Shown: positions 1 to 10,529 of the stretch, piece by piece
How the letters are laid out: each line of letters starts with the position of its first letter
How positions within the stretch are numbered: the stretch's first letter is position 1
Assembly: GCA_040954595.2 (NCBI GenBank)
Contig: CM082584.2
Coordinates: forward strand, 1,164,281 to 1,228,280
Source of the DNA: Balanoglossus misakiensis
Taxonomy: Eukaryota > Animalia > Hemichordata
Direction: 5' to 3'
DNA length: 64,000 nt
The notes under the pieces: generated by a model
Seen by the model: only the letters and a program-made list of their open reading frames with translations
Databases searched by the model: none
Told to the model about the DNA's origin: nothing
Position numbers and translations under genes: made by a program

Positions 1-385
1 GTAAAGTATTAGAATGATGGAGTCCGATAAAAAAGTGAGTTGGTGATTGCGGCATCCGACTTCGTTATTAAAAATGGAAAGATTTGCGATTTGAGATTCG
101 GTTACCATTTGCAAGTTTGAAAGGAAATATTTCATTGAAGCACAGTGGCAACTACTGGGTTATGGAGAATTTTTGAAATGTTGATGAACGGAGACTTATT
201 AGAATCAATGAAAACCTACCTTTAACGGTGTTACGGTTACTAAACGTGAGAGACCGCTTGTCTCGTTCATCCGATTCTGAGCTCCTAGCTCTTGTGGAGA
301 CATGCGGAGGTACAGCGGGTTAACGGTTAGAAAGTGTTGATGAAAGAAATAAGTTTATAGGCCAATCAGGAGTTAGATTCGAATG
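1..385 (+). repeat. Left arm of long imperfect inverted repeat (partner 6007-6405); truncated by window start
   Basis: GTAAAGTATTAGAATGATGGAGTCCGAT... at 1 is the near reverse complement of ...ATCGGATTCCATCATTCTAATACTTTAC ending at 6405. Similarity continues to ~385 (ATAGGCCAATCAGGAGTTAGATTCG vs CGAATATCTAACTCCAGGATCCTGATTGGCCTAT). Confidence 0.92.
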
Positions 386-712
386 TCCGAAAATGAGAAA
401 CCGTAGGCGAACGCAACAGACAGCAATTTAAATTTGCATAACTAGAGGTTTGGGTGGAAAGATTTCAGAATTTAACGCACATATACAGATATTTTGTAGT
501 GGAAATTTGAGTATATTATAAATAGTACATGTAATAAGACTGTGAATTGATTTTATTTACTGACAATTAAATGAAGTTACCCTTTGAGTATGGGTGTTTA
601 TCGAGGGGGGGGGGGGTCCAAAAAAATGTTAGAAACTGTTGAAGATGAAACCGGAAAGATGTAGCAAATTCGTTAGTTTTCCCTTTTTTGGAAATTATGC
701 TCGAAGCGTGTG

Positions 713-805
713 ATTGGTCAATTAGTCAGAAGGGGATTGGTTGGAAATAGTCGAATATGATTGGGCAATAAGTTCGAAGCTGAAATCCCTCAGGCTGTAT
801 AAATA
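713..805 (+). promoter_or_regulatory. Pol II-like promoter: three inverted CCAAT boxes plus TATA box (copies at ~2776-2868 and ~4843-4935)
   Basis: ATTGG at 713, 736 and 760 (~23-bp spacing), then TATAAATA at 798-805, directly upstream of the pseudo-ORF at 834. Confidence 0.45.
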
Positions 806-833
806 CGGTGTTTGTGGCGTGTACTAATGGAGT

Positions 834-1241
834 ATGGCTGGGGTGTGTTGTGTCGAGCAGTCTAGTATATCATTTGTGGGGCATTGAATATTTAGAACAA
901 AGTTCTCTATGTCGGACTTCCTAACATATACTCGATCGTTGATAACAAAACGAGCAGATATTTTTGTGCAAATAGTGTGCGCAAAACAACAACTAAACAT
1001 GAAGACAACAAGATAGTACTGCGTGCGGTGCGACTCGGTTGTAAGCGTCAAGTCAAAAACTGCAAAGACATGCAACAGGTGTAAATATAGTCGACTGAAA
1101 TGCTGAAAAACCATGAATATCGATTGGCTCAAAGTGATGGGAATCGGCTCAACTTACCGGAGGGAATTGGTACATTATATAACGAGTAAACTAGAACGAA
1201 AGAAATCCCAGCGTGAACACTGGAAATTGTTCATAAATTAA
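834..1241 (+). pseudogene. Decayed 135-codon ORF with CxxC-x13-CxxC putative zinc ribbon, copy 1
   Basis: One frame reads MAGVCCVEQSSISFVGH*IFRTKFSMSDFLTYTRSLITKRADIFVQIVCAKQQLNMKTTR*YCVRCDSVVSVKSKTAKTCNRCKYSRLKC*KTMNIDWLKVMGIGSTYRRELVHYITSKLERKKSQREHWKLFIN*. Internal stops are TGA 885, TAG 1014 and TGA 1104, each one C>T change from a sense codon. Confidence 0.45.
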
Positions 1242-2896
1242 TATTTATACATGTATGTGTATATTGCGTAACCTTCGAAAATTCGAATATCATTAGCACT
1301 TGGCCTAAAAAGTTGTGCATTGCGAGTGGGACACTGGGCAATTATTTTTATGGGCCGCCATCGCTATGCAGTTTAGATGTAGTATTTTACTCAACGTTTA
1401 CCGGCAAGTGAGTGATTTGCTTTCAGAAGGTAATGAGACGGAAATAAACTTATGCAATCAGAGTTAATTATTCGTGAGAATACAAAATTTTGTACTAGAT
1501 TTATTGTAATTTTTCAGTGTATACTCCTGGCCTTCGCAGGACTTTCATTTTTTACCCGGTTTGTGTGTTTTCGGGTTACCCATGGGCACTCTCTACCTGT
1601 TTTAAAACTCTGAACAAGTCGATGTCACGTGTATCATTTTATGTACGACGTACATCATTATAATAATGCTATAGTGAAGTTTTTAAAAAGGAAATATTTT
1701 TTTAGTGTTATTCTCTTCGTTTTTTTTATGACTGAAATATGCTTGTGCTTGATGGAAAAACCGGATTCAACCTTAGCTTAATATATGCATTATCGTTCGC
1801 AACTGACGTCATATAATGCAGCAATTTCCCTCCGGTTAAATTGAACCAATCGGCATTCCAGTTTTTCCACCATTTCACTCGAATATCTAACTCCAGGATC
1901 CTGATTGGCCTATGTAATTAATCATTCCTTTCATCAACACTTCCTAACCGTTAACCCGCTGTACCTCCGCATGTCTCCACAAGAGCTAGGAGCTCAGAAT
2001 CGGTCGGACGCAGACCAGCGGTCTGTCAGGTGTAGTAACCCTAACACCGTTAAAGGTAGGTTTTCATTTATTCTATTATAAGTCTCCGTTCATCAACATT
2101 TCAAAGATTCTCAATAATGCAGTAGTTGCCACTGTACTTCAATGAAATATTTCCTTTCAAACTTGCAAATGGTAACCGAATCTCAAATCGCAAATCTTTC
2201 CATTTTTAATAACGAAGTCGGATGGTTATGGAGAATTTTTGAAATGTTGATGAACGGAGACTTATTAGAATCAATGAAAACCTACCTTTAACGGTGTTAC
2301 GGTTACTAAACGTGAGAGACCGCTTGTCTCGTTCATCCGATTCTGAGCTCCTAGCTCTTGTGGAGACATGCGGAGGTACAGCGGGTTAACGGTTAGAAAG
2401 TGTTGATGAAAGAAATAAGTTTATAGGCCAATCAGGAGTTAGATTCGAATGTCCGAAAATGAGAAACCGTAGGCGAACGCAACAGACAGCAATTTAAATT
2501 TGCATAACTAGAGGTTTGGGTGGAAAGATTTCAGAATTTAACGCACATATACAGATATTTTGAAGTGGAAATTTGAGTATATTATAAATAGTACATGTAA
2601 TAAGACTGTGAATTGATTTTATTTACTGACAATTAAATGAAGTTACCCTTTGAGTATGGGTGTTTATCGAGGGGGGGGGTCCAAAAAAATGTTAGAAACT
2701 GTTGAAGATGAAACCGGAAAGATGTAGCAAATTCGTTAGTTTTCCCTTTTTTGGAAATTATGCTCGAAGCGTGTGATTGGTCAATTAGTCAGAAGGGGAT
2801 TGGTTGGAAATAGTCGAATATGATTGGGCAATAAGTTCGAAGCTGAAATCCCTCAGGCTGTATAAATACGGTGTTTGTGGCGTGTACTAATGGAGT

Positions 2897-3304
2897 ATGG
2901 CTGGGGTGTGTTGTGTCGAGCAGTCTAGTATATCATTTGTGGGGCATTGAATATTTAGAACAAAGTTCTCTATGTCGGACTTCCTAACATATACTCGATC
3001 GTTGATAACAAAACGAGCAGATATTTTTGTGCAAATAGTGTGCGCAAAACAACAACTAAACATGAAGACAACAAGATAGTACTGCGTGCGGTGCGACTCG
3101 GTTGTAAGCGTCAAGTCAAAAACTGCAAAGACATGCAACATGTGTAAATATAGTCGACTGAAATGCTGAAAAACCATGAATATCGATTGGCTCAAAGTGA
3201 TGGGAATCGGCTCAACTTACCGGAGGGAATTGGTACATTATATAACGAGTAAACTAGAACGAAAGAAATCCCAGCGTGAACACTGGAAATTGTTCATAAA
3301 TTAA
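2897..3304 (+). pseudogene. Decayed zinc-ribbon ORF, copy 2
   Basis: Same frame and stops as 834-1241, within triplication unit 2 (CNRC becomes CNMC). Confidence 0.45.
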
Positions 3305-4963
3305 TATTTATACATGTATGTGTATATTGCGTAACCTTCGAAAATTCGAATATCATTAGCACTTGGCCTAAAAAGTTGTGCATTGCGAGTGGGACACTGG
3401 GCAATTATTTTTATGGGCCGCCATCGCTATGCAGTTTAGATGTAGTATTTTACTCAACGTTTACCGGCAAGTGAGTGATTTGCTTTCAGAAGGTAATGAG
3501 ACGGAAATAAACTTATGCAATCAGAGTTAATTATTCGTGAGAATACAAACTTTTGTACTAGATTTATTGTAATTTTTCTGTGTATACTCCTGGCCTTCGC
3601 AGGACTTTCATTTTTTACCCGGTTTGTGTGTTTTCGGGTTACCCATGGGCACTCTCTACCTGTTTTAAAACTCTGAACAAGTCGATGTCACGTGTATCAT
3701 TTTATGTACGACGTACATCATTATAATAATGCTATAGTGAAGTTTTTAAAAAGGAAATATTTTTTTAGTGTTATTCTCTTCGTTTTTTTTATGACTGAAA
3801 TATGCTTGTGCTTGATGGAAAAACCGGATTCAACCTTAGCTTAATATATGCATTATCGTTCGCAACTGACGTCATATAATGTAGCAATTTCCCTCCGGTT
3901 AAATTGAACCAATCGGCATTCCAGTTTTTCCACCATTTCACTCGAATATCTAACTCCAGGATCCTGATTGGCCTATGTAATTAATCATTCCTTTCATCAA
4001 CACTTCCTAACCGTTAACCCGCTGTACCTCCGCATGTCTCCACAAGAGCTAGGAGCTCAGAATCGGTCGGACGCAGACCAGCGGTCTGTCAGGTGTAGTA
4101 ACCCTAACACCGTTAAAGGTAGGTTTTCATTTATTCTATTATAAGTCTCCGTTCATCAACATTTCAAAGATTCTCAATAATGCAGTAGTTGCCACTGTAC
4201 TTCAATGAAATATTTCCTTTCAAACTTGCAAATGGTAACCGAATCTCAAATCGCAAATCTTTCCATTTTTAATAACGAAGTCGGATGGTTATGGAGAATT
4301 TTTGAAATGTTGATGAACGGAGACTTATTAGAATCAGTGAAAACCTACCTTTAACGGTGTTACGGTTACTAAACGTGAGAGACCGCTTGTCTCGTTCATC
4401 CGATTCTGAGCTCCTAGCTCTTGTGGAGACATGCGGAGGTACAGCGGGTTAACGGTTAGAAAGTGTTGATGAAAGAAATAAGTTTATAGGCCAATCAGGA
4501 GTTAGATTCGAATGTCCGAAAATGAGAAACCGTAGGCGAACGCAACAGACAGCAATTTAAATTTGCATAACTAGAGGTTTGGGTGGAAAGATTTCAGAAT
4601 TTAACGCACATATACAGATATTTTGTAGTGGAAATTTGAGTATATTATAAATAGTACATGTAATAAGACTGTGAATTGATTTTATTTACTGACAATTAAA
4701 TGAAGTTACCCTTTGAGTATGGGTGTTTATCGAGGGGGGGGGGGGGTCCAAAAAAATGTTAGAAACTGTTGAAGATGAAACCGGAAAGATATAGCAAATT
4801 CGTTAGTTTTCCCTTTTTTGGAAATTATGCTCGAAGCGTGTGATTGGTCAATTAGTCAGAAGGGGATTGGTTGGAAATAGTCGAATATGATTGGGCAATA
4901 AGTTCGAAGCTGAAATCCCTCAGGCTGTATAAATACGGTGTTTGTGGCGTGTACTAATGGAGT

Positions 4964-5371
4964 ATGGCTGGGGTGTGTTGTGTCGAGCAGTCTAGTATAT
5001 CATTTGTGGGGCATTGAATATTTAGAACAAAGTTCTCTATGTCGGACTTCCTAACATATACTCGATCGTTGATAACAAAACGAGCAGATATTTTTGTGCA
5101 AATAGTGTGCGCAAAACAACAACTAAACATGAAGACAACAAGATAGTACTGCGTGCGGTGCGACTCGGTTGTAAGCGTCAAGTCAAAAACTGCAAAGACA
5201 TGCAACAGGTGTAAATATAGTCGACTGAAATGCTGAAAAACCATGAATATCGATTGGCTCAAAGTGATGGGAATCGGCTCAACTTACCGGAGGGAATTGG
5301 TACATTATATAACGAGTAAACTAGAACGAAAGAAATCCCAGCGTGAACACTGGAAATTGTTCATAAATTAG
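4964..5371 (+). pseudogene. Decayed zinc-ribbon ORF, copy 3
   Basis: Same frame and internal stops as 834-1241, within unit 3; terminal stop is TAG instead of TAA. Confidence 0.45.
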
Positions 5372-6006
5372 TATTTATACATGTATGTGTATATTGCGTA
5401 ACCTTCGAAAATTCGAATATCATTAGCACTTGGCCTAAAAAGTTGTGCATTGCGAGTGGGACACTGGGCAATTATTTTTATGGGCCGCCATCGCTATGCA
5501 GTTTAGATGTAGTATTTTACTCAACTTTTACCGGCAAGTGAGTGATTTGCTTTCAGAAGGTAATGAGACGGAAATATACTTATGCAATCAGAGTTAATTA
5601 TTCGTGAGGATACAAACTTTTGTACTAGATTTATTGTAATTTTTCAGTGTATACTCCTGGCCTTCGCAGGACTTTCATTTTTTACCCGGTTTGTGTGTTT
5701 TCGGGTTACCCATGGGCACTCTCTACCTGTTTTAAAACTCTGAACAAGTCGATGTCACGTGTATCATTTTATGTACGACGTACATCATTATAATAATGCT
5801 ATAGTGAAGTTTTTAAAAAGGAAATATTTTTTTAGTGTTATTCTCTTCGTTTTTTTTATGACTGAAATATGCTTGTGCTTGATGGAAAAACCGGATTCAA
5901 CCTTAGCTTAATATATGCATTATCGTTCGCAACTGACGTCATATAATGTAGCAATTTCCCTCCGGTTAAATTGAACCAATCGGCATTCCCGTTTTTCCAC
6001 CATTTC

Positions 6007-6405
6007 ACTCGAATATCTAACTCCAGGATCCTGATTGGCCTATGTAATTAATCATTCCTTTCATCAACACTTCCTAACCGTTAACCCGCTGTACCTCCGC
6101 ATGTCTCCACAAGAGCTAGGAGCTCAGAATCGGTCGGACGCAGACCAGCGGTCTGTCAGGTGTAGTAACCCTAACACCGTTAAAGGTAGGTTTTCATTTA
6201 TTCTATTATAAGTCTCCGTTCATCAACATTTCAAAGATTCTCAATAATGCAGTAGTTGCCACTGTACTTCAATGAAATATTTCCTTTCAAACTTGCAAAT
6301 ACTACTTGAACCGAATCGCAAACCTTTCCATTTTTAATAACGAAGTCGGATGCCGAAATTACCAACTCACTTTTTTTATCGGATTCCATCATTCTAATAC
6401 TTTAC
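6007..6405 (-). repeat. Right arm of long imperfect inverted repeat (partial copies at ~1877-2224 and ~3940-4287)
   Basis: Reverse complement of 1-385 with scattered substitutions and indels; central block CCGATTCTGAGCTCCTAGCTCTTGTGGAGACATGCGGAGGTACAGCGGGTTAACGGTTAG is identical. Confidence 0.92.
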
Positions 6406-6496
6406 TTCAATGTTCAAAAATTGTGTAAAACAATATCCACTTTCAATCTATATTTCAGGTTTAACGGCTATTTGTGCAACATTTGACAGTACTCAC

Positions 6497-7300
6497 ATCA
6501 TGGACTTTTCCTACAACGCACACCCTCTTCTTCTGTGGAGATATCTCGACTTCTGATATCATTATTTGTGGCGGATGATACAATTCTGTTACAAATTTTT
6601 CAGGTATATCCATCGCTTTTCGCCCGCAAGGTATGATCTGGAAAAAAGTTTGGCGTAGTCTGTAAGTTGTGTGACTGAATCCGTAAAGGTGGCATTTGGA
6701 GGAAAAATTTTGAGCATTTTTATCAGTAATCTAGTTTGTTTAAAATATTGGAACGCGATCAATAATAAATGCGACTTGTAAACGAGTGCCGCGTTTGAAT
6801 CGGTATTGACGATAAACATCGGTAATCGGCGATGAAATCAATGGATTTTCAATGTACGTGATCGCATGGAGGCTGCCATATTGGATTACATCCGAAGACC
6901 TTCCGATTAGGCTTCGGTTGAATTCGGGAAAGGTCTCTAAAATGTAATAGGTCATTCAATTTTGTAGAGTAAATTTCTAAAAATGCAGAAGATGGGAGGT
7001 TAAGATACCCGAAATGACTACGGCAAAAAAAGGCCCATAAGTTTCGGGGTGCGATTATAACATACCTTTGCTCTATCATAGAGGCAAATGGTATTATATC
7101 TTCCAGTGGAAAAGTTGCGGAGCTGTATGTATTCTCTCTTCTGTTATCTGTTCAGCTATTTCGGATTTTCTTTCCAGAATTTAAGTTCCAGAACGTTGCC
7201 ATCCTGCTGCATACAAGGCACGCTAAACAGTTTGCCGTTGGCTGAATTCCGGATCTAGACTGTATCCTCAATGAGGCACAATTTCACTGCCACTCCTTGG
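6497..7300 (-). pseudogene. Spliced pseudogene resembling an RPA70-type OB-fold ssDNA-binding protein (exons ~7300-7066 and 6637-6497)
   Basis: Exon A reads GVAVKLCLIEDTV*IRNSANGKLFSVPCMQQDGNVLELKFWKENPK*LNR*QKREYIQLRNFSTGRYNTICLYDRAK, with donor AAG|GTATGT at 7065. Acceptor TTTTTTCCAG ends at 6638. Exon B (141 bp, phase 0, no stops) reads IIPCGRKAMDIPEKFVTELYHPPQIMISEVEISPQKKRVCVVGKVHD, with donor GTGAGT at 6496. IR..GKLFS and (V)xVxGKV recall RPA70 OB domains. Confidence 0.55.
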
Positions 7301-7665
7301 CTGCATGGTTGCAGATGATGGAGCTAAGGTACGTAACAATCGCACCCCGAAACGCCTGGGCCCTTTTTTGTGTGTAGTCATTGTTGGTATGTTAACCTCC
7401 CATGTCCTACATTTTTAGAAATTTAGTATACAAAATTGGATGACCGATTATGTTTTAGAGACCTTTCCCGAATCCACCTGAAGCCCAGTCGGAATGTCTT
7501 GGGATGTAACCTAAATTCAATATGGCCGCCTCCATGCGTTCACTTGCATTAAAAAAAAAACGTTGATTTTATCTCCGAGTGGCGGTGTTTATCGTCAGTA
7601 CCAATTGAAACGCGGCACTCGCTTACAGGTCGCATTTTTATTTTTGAGCGCGTTCTAATATTCTA
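6740..7665. repeat. Diverged inverted repeat: arms ~6740-7079 and ~7315-7665
   Basis: For example TTCGGGAAAGGTCTCTAAAA (~6923) vs TTTTAGAGACCTTTCCCGAA (~7453); TTTCGGGGTGCGATT vs AATCGCACCCCGAAA; GAGTGCCGCGTTT vs AAACGCGGCACTC. Confidence 0.88.
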
Positions 7666-8462
7666 CAAAGAAAAAAATGATAGTTTCGAGTACAGATTAC
7701 ATGTATTTTAAAACGAGGTTTGGTCACAATGGTATCACTACTAAATGACTTACAATCGATGTTTTTAATTGTCTTTGCACCACAGTATGAATCCTGTGAT
7801 GGTAAATCGCATTCAACTTAGAAGGCGTGGAGTAAGTGCAACTGATGGTAACTGGGATACCAAACTGAAACTTTTGGGAGAGAAAACCTTGCCATGCATG
7901 GACGTGGGTGGCACAGTTAAACTTGGGTTAAATACTACAGCGACAACTGAAGTCCCGGTGAGATATTATAAAATACTCTTACATCATAAAATTGAAATCC
8001 TACATGTCAATAATTTCATATTTTCACTAATGTTTAGCAAAAAACAACTGCTCTCAACAAACCTTACCCCTCCCACTCTTGTATTGTCAGTGTTTTGTAA
8101 TCTATCAGTAACAATCCATTTTTTTCTCTCAAGGTGTTAAAAGAACCTATAGCTACTGGTGATGACATGATACCGTCCATGGGGTGTTGGAGGTAATACA
8201 CTTTGTAAGTATTAACCAGTCAGGACGTAAGTGGGGTAATTACGGCGGTGAGATCAAAGAGATCTATTTGAATGTGAAAGTCGCTGAGTGGCAGTTACGG
8301 CCAGTTCGAAAAATTTTCAAACGGAGATTTTCGGTACTACAAGTGATCGTAGTGCACCCATTTTTCTAAGACGTGTATGAAACACCATAGTCAATGATAG
8401 GATGATTTTTCGTGAAGTTTTAACGACGCTTTCCCGAGAAAGACAGTTTCGGTATGTTGGTT

Positions 8463-8814
8463 TAAATTGTGGTCCTTGACTCTCGGCAAAGATTTCTTGT
8501 CTTGAAAAAAATTGGGTAGGTTAGAAAGATATTGAACTAAGTTACCGTGAAATTATAATAGTGTGAGCCGCTCCGTTGTGGAGTAATGACGGTGTAAAAA
8601 TTGCCTTCGCCATCGACGAGTACAGCCGTGTTTGCCATATGTGTATGCATTGAAGTAGGTCAACGCATGTTAACCCATGACGTAATGGCTTCCTTTTCAA
8701 CGCGTCGTTATCTCTCATTAGCATATTACATACGGAGTCTATACACTATTCACGCTGACTGACTTCTCAGGACTGACCTATGGCACAGTAAATTGTGGTC
8801 CTTGACTCTCGGCA
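8463..8814 (+). repeat. Exact 26-bp direct repeat pair (8463-8488, 8789-8814)
   Basis: TAAATTGTGGTCCTTGACTCTCGGCA occurs twice, 326 bp apart. Confidence 0.8.
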
Positions 8815-9589
8815 TGGATATATTCATGTCAAAATTATGAATAGAGGAGTTTAATAATGTTTCTAAAACCTGAGGGGGTTAATTTTTGTGTGGGTATGGC
8901 TGATATTTTTTTTTTTTGTAACTTCAAGGTCACTTTGAATTTCGTGATCACAATTTTGTCAGTGGAAGTAAAGAAATTCTTCTCGATAAAACTTCATGAA
9001 AAATCACATGTAGTACACTCATAGTACCAGTAATGTGCCTGGGGTGAAATAATTGTCAGAAATGGGTTGCTAGTTGCTTAACTTTCGTTGTGAAAAAAGT
9101 TGAAAAACTGTATGCAAATGAGCAATTCAAACGTTACTGGCCAGTTCAAGTGTTTGCATTGCATGATCCCCTGCTGTTTAATTATCCCACTTACGTCCTG
9201 ACTGTAACTGCAGTAGTTGCTTACATCAGACTCCCACTATCTGCACGCAAGTTGCGGATGGATTTGCAGAGAGAGAGGCTAGTACACGGCACTCATGTGG
9301 ACCTGCACTACCACATTTCTATTCAACATCAGGTCTCTGAGTAAAAAGATGGCCATGTAAATTTTCTCTAAGTTTGTTAGAGAAATAAAGTACAACTTTA
9401 GTGTTTCACTAATTGAGTTTCAGTGTTCTTGTATTGTCTCGTTTGCCCCATGCCAACCTCAAAGTAAACGTCAAATTTGCCATTTTTGACTTATTTGTCC
9501 TTGTAGTGGGCCACATAGCATTTTAGTGCAACTTATGAAAATCTGAAGAACCAAATGCCTAATTTACCCATTCTGCACAGATTTATTTC

Positions 9590-10529
9590 AATGGTACAGA
9601 CTTGATGATCAGTATAGCGCCCTCTGTGGTAGTATTTGGGGGGGGGGGGGGGGTTAACCTAGCCTTTGTATGTTTATCCCTGTCCGGTTCCATTCCACTT
9701 GTATCTATGGTAACCTAATTATCAGCAGTAAAGGCCACAGCTTTGAAACAGTTTTAATATCAAGCACTCTGAATTACACGGCCATTCTCATTGGTGCATA
9801 TAGTGTAGTCACGTTGTATTTTACTGCAACTGGTGAAAGTCTCCTAAAAAACCAAATGTGTCTTTACCCACTGTGCACAGAGTATTTGAATGATACTCAG
9901 TTGATGGTCATATAGTATAGCGCCCTCTGTGGTAGTATTTTGATTATGGAGGTGGGGTTAAATCTTGTCTTTGCATATGTTTATCCCTGTCATGTTGCAT
10001 TGGGCTTTTATCTATGGTAACCTAATTATCATCAGTAAAGGCCACAACTATGAAACAGATTTAATATCAAGCACTCTCTGAATTACATGGCCATTCTCAT
10101 TGGTGTATATAGTGTAGTCACGTTGTATTTTACTACAACTGATGAAAGTCTCCTAAAAAACCAAATGTGTCTTTACCCACTGTGCACAGAGTATTTGAAT
10201 GATACTCAGTTGATGGTCATATAGTATAGCGCCCTCTGTGGTAGTATTTTGATTATGGAGGTGGGGTTAAATCTTGTCTTTGCATATGTTTATCCCTGTC
10301 ACGTTGCATTGGGCTTGTATCTATGGTAACCTAATTATCAGCAGTAAAGGCCACAACTATGAAACAGTTTTAATATCAAGCACTCTCTGAATTACATGGC
10401 CATTCTCATTGGTGTATATAGTGTAGTCACGTTGTATTTTACTACAACTGATGAAAGTCTCCTAAAAAACCAAATGTGTCTTTACCCACTGTGCACAGAG
10501 TATTTGAATGATACTCAGTTGATGGTCAT
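9590..10529 (+). repeat. Tandem repeat, ~3 copies of a 303-309 bp unit, abutting the satellite
   Basis: TATAGCGCCCTCTGTGGTAGTATTT at 9613, 9916 and 10225; CTCCTAAAAAACCAAATGTGTCTTTACCCACTGTGCACAGAG occurs three times. Confidence 0.93.

Larger units (their letters stand above)
158..6352 (+). repeat. Tandem triplication of a ~2063-2067 bp unit (starts 158, 2224, 4287), near-identical copies
   Basis: GGTTATGGAGAATTTTTGAAATG recurs at 158, 2224 and 4287. The same 102-aa ORF recurs at 824/2887/4954. Copies differ by few SNPs and by poly-G length. Confidence 0.97.

Noticed and set aside
1075-1106. CNRCKYSRLKC as a nuclear-receptor second zinc finger
   Set aside because: Superficial resemblance only; the first finger/P-box and correct Cys spacing are missing.
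824-1132. 102-aa minus-strand ORF repeated three times
   Set aside because: No recognisable motif. It is antisense to the promoter-associated CxxC frame and repeated only because of the triplication.
7769-9915. ORFs of 60-123 aa in the unique spacer
   Set aside because: No recognisable domains or consistent splice structure; lengths are compatible with chance.
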